The translations under genes and the position numbers were made by a program. A DNA stretch of 64,000 bases from the human T2T-CHM13v2.0 reference genome, Homo sapiens. Below are positions 40,616-55,806 of this stretch, piece after piece. Every line of letters starts with the position of its first letter. The first letter of the stretch is position 1. The stretch lies in NCBI RefSeq assembly GCF_009914755.1, contig NC_060936.1. One strand, given 5' to 3'. The notes under the pieces are model-generated. The model saw only the letters and a list, made by a program, of their open reading frames with translations. It searched no databases and was not told the DNA's origin.

Positions 40616-42659
40616 CTGGCCACGAACATTAAAACAAGTTGAAACAAATATGCGAATAACATCGTCAAAGCACGTTGGTCATGCGCCTACCCGGGGTGCC
40701 TTTCCCCTCTTTGACAACAGCCACTGATTTTCATTTTGGGGTCCACCCGTCTCCTGCTCGCCATCTATGTAGGCTGGCGGCGCGACCCCACCCTCAGCTC
40801 TGGGCCCGTCCAGCTGGCAGAGCCACCCTGGCGGTAACGCTGTTTGGGGGCTCAGGACGAGGATGGTCCCAGGCAGAGGGAACTAAAGGAGAGTTGATGG
40901 CAAACAGGCTGCTCCTTTCCTTGGCTTAAAATTGAGCAGCTGTGAAGCTCAGGGAGGCCGCAAACCTCCTGCACCTGCGAGAGGAACGCTCACGTGAGGA
41001 CGGCGCCTGCTCACAGCGAGACCGAGAGAAAGTGGATCCCGGCGATGGGCTTGGAGCCCCTGGTTCAAGATGTCCCTGAAGCCACGTCCTGGCTCTTCAT
41101 CTACTCAGGTGACAGACAGACTCCTTTTTGCTCACACCAGTTTAGGTTGGCTTTGCTGTCACTTATGACCCTGAGTCCTAACTGGCCAAAGGGGTGGGTT
41201 TGTGGCTAAAAAAATACTCTTGACGAGAGATTTGCAAGGGCTGAAATAGTTCTTATCCCGTCCTATCCTCCTGGGGTCTCAGGGGCTGCTGAGCCCTGTC
41301 CTGGTTGCCTGGAAGGGAGCATTGAGCAACGTGACTAACGCTGGCCTGGGTGTCAGACGACAGCGCAGCACTTTAACCAGGATCCGGGTGTGAAACATGA
41401 CGCGGCTGCTTCCTTCCCAAGCTCTCCGCTGCTGGGAATGATGACACCCCCTCCCTGGGGTCCTCGGTCCCTCTGTAGCTGTCACATCATGACAGTCACC
41501 TCACTGATGAATATGAATTGCTGAGTCCAAATCAGTAAGTATAAAATGATTTAAAAAACCATGAGGAATGTTCCACAACGGCTGCCCTAGGAGCCGCCCC
41601 TGGCAGGCCCCACAACTCCAGGCTGGAGTGAACAGCAGGACAGCGCCACCATGGCAGGGAATTGGAGCTGGGGCAGCCCTGCCCTGGGGTCCCCTGTGAG
41701 AACATCTGATCCTGGAGGGCAGGACCTTGTTGTATTCACTATAACATGGCTCGGCGTGTAGCAGGTGCAAAGTGAATATCGAACGATTCAGCTTCCAGAA
41801 GCCTCGGAAACCCAGCCGACAGCAGAGCCTGCTGCAGGCTACTCCCCTTCCAACTGGCATTGCTGCCTCTTCTCTGCTCCCAGCCACGAGAGTCACCTGG
41901 GCCAGTGAACCTTGAGGGGAGTGGCAGGCTCCACTTGTGGGCAAAAGCCACTTTTCCTCCCCACACAGTGGCCAGGGAACTTTCCAGAGAGGAAACACTG
42001 TCCTCCAGCGTTCCGAGACCTGGGGGGCCGCGTGTGACTGCAGCAGAACTTGGCCCTTCCTGCCTGACACCGCGCCACAGTGAACAGCAGGGGACGGCAC
42101 AGCTGATGAAGGTGATATGAATACAGTAGTCACCTTGTATTCACAATTTATCCAAACCCAACTCTCTAGGGAAAAATAACGTAATCCCCGTGGCAGCTTT
42201 TACCTGCCATTGTGCCTGAGAAGACAAGGTGAGATTAGAAACAAAACGTGCAGTGCCTTCAAATGGGGCTGGTTCCCACGGGCCCCTCAAGATGCAAACA
42301 CCGCGCTCTCTCATGATGGTAATGCTTCAAAATACGTATGTTCTAGAAAAATATAGGTCAAAAAAATGTTGACTCAAAAAACCCAGCTCCCATACTGGAA
42401 GGAAAACTGGCTGCGCCAGGGATAGGAGAGGCCACGCCTCTCCCCAACACACTCCTTCCTAGGAGGTTGCCGGGGACAGTGTGGCCCATGAGCAACGCCT
42501 GCCCTCACATACTGACTGCAGCGCCTCACTCTGTGTCAGAGGTGCCTCCCCATACAGGGCGCGAGTCCCTTTGTGGCCTGCCCCAGCCACAGGCTGGAGG
42601 AGCCCTGGGTGAAAGTGCAGGTGAGTGACAGCACATCCACCCGGGACCCCTTCTCTGTC

Positions 42660-43580
<921 letters not shown>

Positions 43581-45770
43581 AAAATAAGTAAACACATTCA
43601 GAGAGTGGGGGAAGAAAGAATAAAACAAGAGGAGACCCTAAGCAGAGGCCTGGAAGAGGGGCCTGCGCTGTCTGCAGGGAGGAGTGTCCTGGTGGGATCG
43701 GGGTGCTGTGGGGCAGCTCTCTGGAGGCACTGGTGTCCACCGCCGTCATAAGCGACATGCACTGTGAGGGGAGTGCCAGGGCAATGCCAGGGGATATGGG
43801 CATGGGCCATGCCAGGCGACCCCTGGTGGGTGAGGAAACTGTGATTAAATGAACTGGATTCATTAGGAGGGTGCGTCTTCCAGACAGTTGTTAAACAGAA
43901 GCCGTGGTGCAAACCTTCTTCTCTGCCAGGCGGCCCTGGCTTAGTAAAGGCACGGTACCACTTTGTTTTTTTGGTTTTATGCAGTGTGCATTTTCCACAG
44001 TGGTTAATCAGATTCCTTTTTCCATGCTGGCCAATCCCTGTTCCCGCCTCCCTGTCCCGGGAGCTTTGCAGTGGGTTCCACATTCACATGCTGTGGGCCT
44101 CGGACTCACCGGGCAGGCCTGGGACTGCTGTTTACAGAAGGGCCAGCTTGCAAGGTGGGTCACTGGCTAGTGTCTGGAACTCAGCTTCTGAAATGTCCCC
44201 TACACTGGATGGAAACATCCCCTGACTGATAAAGGCAGGCCTAGCTTGTGCACACCACACAGCTCACACTGAACACCTGCTTTCCTTCCAGGAGTCTGGA
44301 GCTTCGGTGGGCACGGTGCCCGCGCAAGCAGCCCCCAGGAAAAGCTCTGGACCCAAGTCTCAGTGGGTTTCCCAGAGCAGAAGCCGTGCGTTTCTTGTCG
44401 CACGGAGTGGGGCTCTGTGTGGCCCTTCACGGGAGGGAGAGAGACAGCATGGAGACACGTGCATTCTGTTTTCCCCTGGGAAGAACGGAAACCGTCTTGT
44501 TTTCCTCCACTCTTCAGGTGTCACAGCTCAAATGTGGTTTCTTGGCAGCCGCCTTCCAGGACCATCTAGAAGAGCCCAAGTCACTGTCCACCTCATCACC
44601 TGGTCTTCATGCAGCGTCTGGATCAGAGGCTCCCCACATATCGTCTGCCCGCCAGCGGGAGCTCCGCACGGTGCCCTGTCTGTCTCTCAGCGTTGCAACC
44701 TAGGCAGGGCATGCAGCCTGGGTGTCGTGAGTGCCTGGAGATGAGCGGCAGAGCGCTCGGACCCTGGTCCCTGCCTGCTGGCCTCCCACAGCCACGACCA
44801 CTTACCCCACCCGGCATTCTCTCTGATGCGTGGACCAAAAGGGAAGGGCATGGGAAGGCGTGGGACGAGCGGAGAGGCAGGAGAATGTTTTTTAGCAAGA
44901 CACAAGTGGCATCTCCTTATTTTAATGATAAAAAGCACCCAAGGTACTTATATATTCTGATAAGAACTAGGGGAAATTTGCAAATTATCTTTTTTACAGA
45001 ATTCCAAAGTGAGGTTCAGACGCTCATCTCCCCTAATTTTTTTTTAAACCAACTTCTTAAACAGGTGGGCAGACCTGGCCATGAAACCTGTCTAACCTCT
45101 GCATCCCACTTAACCTTCAGCCGGGACGTAGCACCTCCACCGAGGTCTGATTAAAGGACATCTGTGATCGCTCTGCCTGCGACCAAGACTAAATCCCCCA
45201 GCACACACACAGGGGGCTTCTCCCCACCCGGCCTCTAAGCAGGACTGTGATGGGCGAGGGCTCATGTTCACCACTGCCTTTGCTAGAACAGAGGTTCCAA
45301 GCACGTCCCAACATCACCAACAAGTTACTGAGATGAGAAGGAAGGAAAAACAACGAACACAGAGAAATGAGCTTCACAGAGCTTTGGAGTACCCAGCCAA
45401 GAAATCCTTGTGGAGTCGTTGCCAGTGCAGACTCTGCAGCCAGACTCCTGGGTTTAAATCCCAGACTGAGCCTCCATCAGCATCTGTGTGACCCACACTA
45501 GTGCTTTGGTTTTTCTCGCCTGTAAAATGGGCCCATTTTACAGGTGAGAAAATGTGTGGGTCCCACATTTGTGGATGCCCGTGAGGTGCTGAGTGTACCG
45601 TGTGCCCCACGGCTGTGAGCAGCCCTGTTCTCATCCTTCCCATTGCAGTGGCGGGTCCCTGTACCCTCTGCCAGGTGTCACCAAACCGACTTCACCTGTG
45701 CACACCCTCGCAGGCAGCCAACGGCCATTCTCTCCCCACCACAGCCAAGGCGGAAGGTCCAGGCGCTTAC

Positions 45771-45975
45771 CTTTGCCGAGGGAGGTGGCTAGGCCATTCA
45801 TGAACTGTGGGAAAGGCTTGCTGGGGGCCGTGGAGATGTCCAGGGGGGCCACCGCGCTGCCACCCAGCAGGTCAATCTTCCCAGCGTGCTGCCGGAACTT
45901 CTCCAGGTCCCGGGACAGCAGGTTGAACTGCTCACTTTGAGTCCGGCATTTCTCTTCCAGCTCTCGAACCTTGGA
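45771..45975 (-). CDS. RIMBP2: Exon SKVRELEEK...ATSLGK(G), 205 nt, phase 0-1
   Basis: gtgcag|TCCAAG...AAAG|gtaagc; within ORF 45631..46260. Confidence 0.96.
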
Positions 45976-48037
45976 CTGCACGGCAGAAGCAGGACAGGGG
46001 GTCAGCGGTGGCATTTGGTGGTGGAAATGTGTGTGCGCCTGTTCACATGTGTTGTACGTGTGCACATATGCACTGTGTGCACGTGTGTACACACGTGTTG
46101 TGTCTGTGAAAATGCATGTGTGGTTGAGTGTGTGCATATGAGCATGTATCCTGTGTGCACGTGTCTGTGTGTGACATGTGCAGCAGGGGCCGCCTCCCAC
46201 TTCCACGGGAGAGCAGTGCCTGATAAACCCAGCTTCTCCTGCCACCTGGCTACTGGCCAATGTGAGAAACCACAGGTGCCAAGAAATCCTGCAAACACTC
46301 AGCTCCCAGCCAACCGTAGATTGTTCTGGGCTGTGCGTGCAGCCCGGGCACTTTGCAGTTGGCAGGCTTTGCTAGAGCTGTTTGGAACTTGGAGTATGAG
46401 GCTGTGATGCGGCCCAGACTCAGGGGAGCAGCTCAGGTGCTGTCCCATGGATGCAAGGATGCAATTCTTCTCATCCAGGGCGCCCGCCCCTTCGGACTGT
46501 AGAACCCTTAAGAGCACCACTTGGAGCAATAAGGACTCTCTATCTGCTATGTTCAGTTAGCAACACTGCTGCATTTGCAGACAACACGAAGCCACGTCGG
46601 GAGCCCTGGGGAAGGCAAGCGTCTCCCCCAGGGACACGCACAGGAAAGGGGTAGCCCACCAAACTCCTTCCTCGGGTCAGGACAGGCCTGGGCTGTGTCC
46701 AGTCTCGGGACATCTCTGACCCTTGTGGGCTTCCTCCCAGGTCAGAGGTGCATGGGCAAAGCCCCGCTCCCTGCTCCCCTGGGACTTGAGCTCTACATAA
46801 GACATGGCCTCCTGACATAGGTTTCTGGCACCCATCACAGAAGGTGCAGGACAGAGGGGTCTACAGAGGACCCACTCTACCTTCTCACCCCGCGTTCCTT
46901 TCTCCACTGTGCTGACCGCCCCCCGGCACTGCAGTAGCTCCTGGGCTATTCGTTTCTTGTCGGTGTCCACGGCTACACTCTCGGCCCCAAGCCTCTGCTT
47001 TCTGGCTCAAGGACACACCTTCGATACTCTGCATGGACTCAGCACCCAGCAGGTGCTCAAAGAGCGTTTGCTGAATCAGTGAAAAAGGCGAGCCCTGAGC
47101 TGTGGGCACCGTGCTCCTCGTGGGGATGGCTTGTCAGGTCTGCATGCAAAGCCGCTTTCTTGCCACTCCTTACTTTAGGATGGCCGGGAACATCCCATTT
47201 ATGGGGTTATTCATGTCATCTGTGGGGCTGACGACACTGACGTTTCCCCCAGTGAAATGTCAGCCCCATGAGGGCAGGGCTTTGTCTGCCTGTTGCCTGC
47301 TGCGTCCCGGACCTGAGCAAAGGGCTCAGCAACAGCCCCCCACCTCCCCCTCCCCTCCTCCGCCCCTCCTCTTCATCCATCCTCTCCCCCACTATCCCTC
47401 CACAGGCAGCAGGCTTCTCAGCTCCTTAGTCCAGAATGAAGCACTATTTATGGCTGAGATCATGGATTTCTAAAATAAACCTAACAAATCCAAAGCCTAT
47501 AATTAATTTCTTTGATTCATTAAAAGAAATCAGCAGTATTCTTCTTTAAAAAGCTGAATGGGCTTGGCCAAGCCGGCTGTGCCTACCAAGATAGGCATAG
47601 AGCTAAAAACCCAGGGGTTCTGGGGCCTGACATGGAAAGCATCGGAGGGAACCCAAGCCCAGGGACAGCTCCGACCCCAAATGTGGGGTCTGCAGGTGGG
47701 ATGACGACTTGGCTTCGCAGGGCTTGCAGGGGCTCTGACTCTGCTGGTTCAGCCCTTAAGACAGAGTGACGGGCCCTGCAGGGCAGCCAGGGTCCTGGCC
47801 AGGGAACAGCTGCCACTGCCCGCTGCAGGCAAGGCCAGACCCCGGAAGGCCCTGAGCTCAACTGTGTGAGCCAACGAACCCCCAGGCACCCATGGGGCAC
47901 TCGCGGAGCCTTCCCAGGGTGTGGAGAAACAGGAGACATTTAATAGTCATGCATTCATTCTAACATGTGACAGGGAACATGTAACTGGCACACCCATTCC
48001 CTAATGTCGTGTCTATGAAAATGACCTAACTAAAATA

Positions 48038-48433
<396 letters not shown>

Positions 48434-49619
48434 TTAGGGGAGGGTGTGACGAGGGACGGTGCCATGAGGGAGTTTCTCTGGGTGACAGAGCCGTCTGTAC
48501 AGCTGATGGTGGTGGTGGTGGTGGTTACAAGAATCTGTATATACCACCAAATGCCATACAGCTATATACGAAAAAAAAAAAAGAGTGGATATAAACACTC
48601 GAGAAAGCAAGTAAATTCCCCAGCATGCTACAGTGCTGCTCCCACGCCAGCTTCCCGGCTTTGAGAACACACTCTGGCTACAGAGACACCACCACCGGGA
48701 AGCAGGAAGAGGGGCCACGGGAACTCCCCCTGCTGTCTTTGTAAATTCCCGTGACCCTAAAATTACTTCAAAATAAAGTTTTCAGAAATGAAGAGATTTT
48801 AAACAATAGGAACTAAGAATACAGGTGGCATACAGAGACGGTGAAGATAATGAAAGGTACCACCCCATCAAGGGGGCTAAGGGCGGCTGAGGTCACAGGA
48901 GCCTAAAGCGGGTTCTGCATCTGATACACACCTGCCAGCAGCCTGCAGGCTGCGGGCTGCCTGCTTTTGTTTGCAGGAGGACAGGTCGTCGCAATACAGA
49001 GGGAACAGGGCAGGCTGTCTGCTCTCACATGGTTCCATGGGACTCCCAGAAATGACGGGGGGTGGGGGGCCAAGGATGAGGGTGAGCCGAGCAGCAGCTG
49101 CATACTCTCTGTGGTTTGGTCCCCAGGGCCTGGCAGGGCCACTCCCACGCCTGTGTCCTATGGGGGCCATAGTGGCGCTTCCCAAGGTCAGCCCCTTGCC
49201 CTGGCCCATCAGTCCATCCTCAACCGTTAGTTCAGGACTTGGCACAGGGTGGACATTTAACAGATATTTGATGGATCACAATAAGCTGCGGGTAAACGAA
49301 TCTACGCACAGGAACTGTGGAGTACCCTTCAGTTAGAGATGAACCAGGTCACCTCTGTCCAAGGGAGACAGAAAACGGGTGGAGAAGCAGCCACCAGGTG
49401 GCTCACCAAGGAACCCTGAGACCCCTGCACAGGGGCCGCTGTGTCATCACAGGCCTGGGTGTTCATCAGGGCCGGGTTCCCTCTCCCACAGGGAACCCTC
49501 AGCTCTAGGTATCCTGTGAGTCTGTGCTCCAGGCCCCACTCTGTGCACAGAGGACGCAGGCCCCTCGGTAGGCTGGAAGTGCCGTCAGCAGCAGCAAAGC
49601 GGCGCTCGCAGGAGCAGCC

Positions 49620-50000
49620 GTAATCATGGTGGCAGTATTGGTATTGATGAGCAGTACTAGTATCAGTAGTACTGGTATTTTCATCACCTGCAGTAGTAGA
49701 AGTCTTGCTTTGGTATTAGAGCATTAACAGCAGTGGTAGCAATAGCAGTGTTTTTTGTAGGAATAGCATTGGTATGAGTAGTGGTATAGTAACAGTGCTG
49801 TTGGTATTAGTATTAATAGCAGCCTAGTATTAGCAGCAGCAGCAGCAGCAATATTGGTATTATTTGTACTAGTAGCAACAGTATCATTATTACTACCTGC
49901 AAGCGTACTGGCGTTATCCTTCACAGTCACAGTTTGGTGTTAGTATTAGTAGCAGCAGCAGATGCAATATTAGCAGCAGCAACAGCAGGGATATTGGTGT
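49620..50000. repeat. Degenerate (TAG/CAG/TAT)n low-complexity tract
   Basis: Repeated agcagt, agtatt and agcagcagc units. Confidence 0.8.
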
Positions 50001-50825
50001 TCTTAGAGTGGCAGCCAGCCACTGTCCTTGCTTCCCCCGCAGATTCCCCAGGGCCTGGCGCCGGGGACATCCACCGCGTTCTGAGGGGGTGTCGGGAGCA
50101 GGAGGCCCACGGGCAGCAGTGACGGGGGAGAGCCAGCTCGCCTTGAGCCCCGTCCCACAGTCCCCTCACCCAACTGGGCTCACTGCACAGGAGATTCCAT
50201 GCCCTCCTGTGACACAAAGTCACTCCCTTCTTGAAGCCTGAGAAACGCCCCCAGGCTCCCAGCTGTCACCTCCTCCCGGAGGGTGTTTCTCCTCCAAGGG
50301 GCCACCAGATAGGGCCAGTGGTTCGCCATCCACAAGGGACCCATCCGCACGACCCAGCTACTTCCTGCCAGGCTCCACCCGTGACACTAGGGGTCACATT
50401 TCCACATGAGATGTGGATGGGAGGATGCCCAAGCCACGCTGCCCTGCTTCTCTCGAGGCGGCTGCAGAGAGCCTGGCCCAGGGGTTGTAGGGACGCCGGC
50501 TCTGCCCAGCCCATTCTTGCCAACTGCTCCTTACACCTCGGGGGGTCCCGGAGTGGACTTGAGTGCTACAGCAAATCACCGTGTGGACACAGTCCTGCAC
50601 GCAGACTGGCAGGGGTGCCAGCAGGGGCAGGGGCAGGGTAGACCTGCAGGAACTCAGGATGGGGTGGTGAGCAGGGCAACCAGCTCTGTCCAAAGGGGCC
50701 GGTGCCTCGGCCCGGGTGCAGCCCACCAAAGACAAAGCTAAAGCTTCTGGTTTCCCAGGAGCAGCAGGGCATTGTCCCCTCCACATCTCATGTTGAAAAG
50801 CTAAAGCTTCTGGTTTCCCAGGAGC

Positions 50826-51220
50826 AGCAGGGTGTCGTCCCCTCCACATCTCATGTTGAAATGTGACCTCCAGTGTTGGAGGCGGGGCCTGGCGGGAGGT
50901 GTCTGGGTCCTGGGGGTGGATCCCTCATGAATAGCTTGGCGCTGTCCTTGCCATAATGAGCAGGCTAAGTTCACACAAGGTCTGGTTGTTGAAAAGAGCC
51001 TGGCACCTCCCATACCCTCCTGCTCTCAGCACACGACACGCCTGATCCCCCTTTGCCTTCTGCCATGATTGTAAGTTTCCCAAGGCCTCCCCAGAAGCCA
51101 GCACACCCCCTGTACAGCCTATAGGACCATCAGCCAGTGACTCCTTCATAAATCACCTTCATAAACCTTCATAAATGGCCCAGCCTCAGGCATTCCTTTA
51201 TAGCAAGAACGGCCTGACAC
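50826..51220 (+). mobile_element. MaLR LTR (MSTA/MSTB-like)
   Basis: atctcatgttgaaatgtgacctccagtgttggagg...ccttctgccatgattgtaagtttcc...cagcctcaggcattcctttatagca. Confidence 0.85.
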
Positions 51221-52972
51221 ACCCAGGGAATTTTCAATTCACCGGAAAGTCTCACATTTTAAACCCTGCTGAGTATTTCAAGGCCCATCAGCAGCCTGGG
51301 CTGACAGGCATGTCTAGAGATGGCTGCAGGCTGTGGCTGCTGGCCGTGGTGCTGCTCTGCACGACAGCATGGTGACACTCCCGCATCAGCAGGTTGGGTG
51401 TGTGGGGGGTCAGGTTGGATCAAATGCCCTCATGGCCCTGTAGATGCCCCCGGCTGTACCCACATAAGCCTCCGACACACAGGACGATCCCTCACTTGCT
51501 CCTGGGCCTGGGGGGTTCTGGAACTTAGAATTTGTGACCCTCTGCATGCCTACATCCACCTGGGCATTGAACACGCACTTACAGACAAGCTGGGCGATGC
51601 ATTGCCATAATTGAGGATCCCACCCAGGGGTGGCCAGTGCAGACACCAGGAAGGCCGCGCTGCCGCAAGCCTGGAGACAGCTGCCCCGAGGATGCCTGCC
51701 CGGCTGCGTCTCCACCGAGGCCCAAGGCACGCTACTCGGCGTGACCATAAGCATAAGGGATGGGAGAAACGGGCATTCGTTGGTTAAAGTGAAGATATGT
51801 CACCCAGCTCACACATCTTAGCACTGCCCCACCTTTGAACGAGCAGGGTGTGGACTAGTGAGGCCCTGCTCCTGCGGTCTCAGGCACAGTGCTCAGAGCT
51901 GGGTCTCTAGCTGGTCCTGTGTGTGGACGCTGACTCGAGGAATCTGGTTGCCCTAGTCCCTGTGCAGTTGACGTGCTTTCCCCGAATGAGCATCATGGGG
52001 CCAAAGCGCAAGCACCCTCCTAGCAGGGCAGAGCGCTGGCACCACGTGGAGCTCACAGACCAGGCATGGAATGTACCCTCTCCTGCCTGCTTGTCCACCA
52101 GCACGTGCTCCGTAAATGCTTGTCTGATGGGAGAATCTGCTGTGAGACTTGCTTTCCTTGTAACCTACAATGAAGGTGTGGAACAGGGGCACAGCCTCCC
52201 CCACCTCAAATTCCTACCAAGGAGAACCTAAGAGTCCTGCCCGCCCACATCCAGCTTGTTTGCACCTTTCCTTTAGGCTCCTCGCCTGAGCACAGCTCCC
52301 TGGCGTCTTGGCAGCAGGGAAGGCTCTCGTGACTGCCAGGGGGGTCCCTGCTGGGGCTAAGAGCTTCCAATTGCCTATGGGGAGGAATTGCCAGCAGCAG
52401 CCGCTTCCAAAGCATGCTGAGAGAAAAGAGCAACCCGTGGTCCTGCCCCAGGCAGGCGCATTTACACCTCGATATTTATTTCCGGATACAGAGTGCTGTC
52501 CTGTCTGGGTTTGGGACTGGGCCTGGGTGTCACCCCGGCTGCAGGGATGCAGGGACACACCCAGCCCCATGGTGCTGCTCCTCCCCATCCCGAGGCCACC
52601 TGCTCGGCGCTAGGGTCTGCAGGGCACTGCTCAGAAGCAACTGAGTCCGGAGCAGGCAGGAACAGATGGCAGAGTCATCAGGCAAATCAACTGTAATTGG
52701 AACAAACAGCAGAGGCTCGCAAATGTGGATGTGGCTATTTCTAAAGACAAGGGGGAAGCATCCAAAGACACCCCCACAGCTCCCCCAGCTCCTGGCTCAG
52801 TGCCCTCCTCTGGCTTCCCGGCCTCTGTGAAGAGGGGTGATAAGCAGGTGCTGTGCTGGCGGCTGGCATCCAAACGGGGTGGTTCTGAGAGCAAGGGGCC
52901 AGATGCATAATCACTCCAGAATCATAGGCAGAACCCAGGGACAGTCCAGGCTCACCGGGTCACTTGACTTAG

Positions 52973-53590
52973 TGTCAGAGGCGTTCAAACCACAGCGACT
53001 CCATCTTGAATAGGGGCTGGGAAAGATGAGGCTGAGACCTACTGGGCTGCGTTCCCAGATGGTGAAGGCATTCTAAGTCACAGGATGAGATAGGAGCTCA
53101 GCACAAGATACAGGTCTCAAAGACCCTGCTGATAAAACAGGGCGCAGTAAAGGAGCCACCGAGACCCACCAAAACCAAGATGGCAAAGAGAGTGACCGCT
53201 GGTCGTCCTCACAGCACATTACACGCTCATTATAATGCATTGGCTGCTAAAAGACACTCCCCTCAGCGCCATGACAGTTTACAGACGCCAAGGCAGCATC
53301 AGGAAGTTCCCCTACATGGCTTGAAAAGGGTGGAGCCCTCAGTTCCGGGAACTGCCCACCCTCCCCCCACAAAAACTCATGAACAATCTACCCCTTTTCA
53401 GCATATAATCAAGAAACAACCACAAATAGCCCACACTGCTGCTCTGCCTATGGAGTGGCCATCCATTCGTTTCTTCACTTCTCTCACATACTGGCTTTCG
53501 CCTTCCTCTACGGACTCACCCAAATTCTTTCTTGCGCAAGATCCAAGAACCCTCTCTTGGGGTCTGGATCGAGGCTGCTTTCCGGTAACA
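52973..53590 (+). mobile_element. MER41B-like ERV1 solo LTR with 4-bp target-site duplication
   Basis: Begins TGTCAGAGGCGTT and ends CCGGTAACA; TTAG at 52969-52972 and 53591-53594; the GAS-bearing segment is present. Confidence 0.88.
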
Positions 53591-53631
53591 TTAGGAAAAT
53601 TTGGAAACAAATTGTCCCATGTGCTGTCTTT

Positions 53632-53874
53632 ATGTGATTTCATTGATCACTGGCTGAATACCTACTATGTGCCAGGCCCTATGTGATTTCATTGATCACT
53701 GGCTGAATACCTACTATGTGCCAGGCCCTCTGATTTCATAGCTCACTGGCTGAATACCTACTATGTGCCAGGCCCTACGTGATTTCATTGATCACTGGCT
53801 GAATACCTACTATGTGGCAGGCCCTGCGTGATTTCATTGCTCACTGGCTGAATACCTACTATGTGCTTGGCCCT
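53632..53874. repeat. Tandem repeat of about 49 bp x5, derived from L2 3'-end-like sequence
   Basis: Unit atgtgatttcattgatcactggctgaatacctactatgtgccaggccct starting at 53632, 53681, 53730, 53777 and 53826. Confidence 0.93.
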
Positions 53875-55806
53875 GCCTGGGGGAGTCATGCATTGCTGCT
53901 GACTCAGAGAGACCTCCCGGGTAAGTTGGTGTTAGGCCATTGCACCAGGGCAGAAGACGAGGCCAAGAGGGACTTGCGGTCACACCCCCAGTGGGCAGTA
54001 GGACCCACCCAGGTCTCTCTGGCCTCTGAGTCTCTCTGTCCAGGGCCCACCTAAGCCCAAGCCTGTGCCCTCACTCACCCACACATTCCCCTAACACACT
54101 CACTGGCCCAGGGGTCACCCAGCCTCTGAACAAGAGCCAGGCAGGGCTGGTTCCCTGCAGGCCGAGCAGGCCCAGCGCCTGGGACCACAGCCCTTTAGCT
54201 TCAGGGGCCCACAGACATGGTTCCATTTTAGTTTCTTTTAAAATCAGAAAAGAAGTGAAAAAGGGTGAGACATACATCATGCATCCAGCCTGTGTAATAC
54301 TCATCTTTATTCCACAATAGACGCAAAACACAACTGTTAGGATTATTTTATGGAGGAAGGGACGACCCCTAAAGGCAAAGGCCACACAGCCCACAATCAT
54401 CCACTGCAGGCCTGAGGCCAGACGCCTGCGGGGAGGTAGACCTCAGCCTGCCTGGGAAGCAAGCACGCTGGCCACCCCGAAAGTCTCCCAGGGAGGAAGG
54501 GGGGCTGTTCAGGAAAAATAGCCGGGCTCCTCTGAGGCCGAGGCGAACCAGGGCTGACATCACCTGAGGTTCAATGCCTCGCTCCAGGAGGAGACACCCA
54601 AGGCGCTGTGGAGAGAAGGCGAGGGACTCCCATCAGGGTGCCCTGAAGAACCACCACAAAGCTGCCGACACGCACACGCCAAGCACACAGCACTGGCACA
54701 GGCTCCTCATGACGTTCCCCTGACCAGGAAGCCCAGATCCTCATCTCTTAGCCCAGCCACATGGTGACAAGCACACCAGCCCCTAGACTTTTCTCAAAGC
54801 ACCTGAGAGGGTGTTACCAGGCTGACTTCCTGCCCTTGGGGCCATGCCCTGGCACGTGGGAGCTGTGTGTCCTCGGGTAAGTGGCTCATTGTCTCTGTGC
54901 CCCGATTGCCTAATCAGCAAAATGAGGTGACAGAGAACCTCAGGCAGTGGTTTCAGGGGTTAAATATGACTGTATTTCTCAAGAGCCTGGGGTAAAGCGA
55001 CTTCCTGCATTCCTGCCCTCTGCTACTGCTGCGCACCCAGGGAATACCAGCGGGTGAAGATGGCCCGGCCGGCGCTTCCTCAGTCTGGAGCTGCCAACAC
55101 TGACTTATGATTCAGCCTCCAGTACGCTCTACAGGCAGGACCAGGGTCGCTGTCCCCTCTGCCCCCACCCAGCACCTGCAGGGAGGTCAGAGTTCTGAGC
55201 TGACAGGAAGCTGTGCTGTGCAGCAGCCGTGGAAGGCCTGGACTCCGGAGCCAAACTCCTGAGGCTTGAATGGGATTCTGCTCATGACTATCTGAGACCC
55301 TCAGGCAGGTCATTCATTAACCTCCCTGTGTCTTGGTTTCCCCCAGACATGAAGAAGATCAAGTGAAATGGGCATTATCTTGTGGATGTCTCGATGTGTC
55401 TCCTATGCACTCTCAGGACACGGCCCAGCACAGGGCACCTGTTTGAGGTGGTGGTGTTGCTCTCATTGTTTTCTTTTGCTTCTCTGTTTTGATAGGACGC
55501 TAAGTGCCAAAGGAATTATTTAACTCCTAGCAGCTGGAATCTCCCTGCTCTCAGGTTCTTAGGTTTACAAAAAGAACTGTCTTGACAGGCAAGTTCCTGA
55601 AAACCTCTGTTCTATGTTTAAATCCTGATGCACATCTTTGCTAAACCCCAAAACTAGCTCAGGGTACTCCTGGGACCTCAGGACTTCACGCAGAGCAACC
55701 AAGAAAAAAGACACTTCCCCATTGCCACCAAAACCTCCTGGCCATTCATTCTTTAGAGAACAGGGCCCAGAAGTGTCCATGGCACTGGAGTTGTGTATGT
55801 GGGGAC

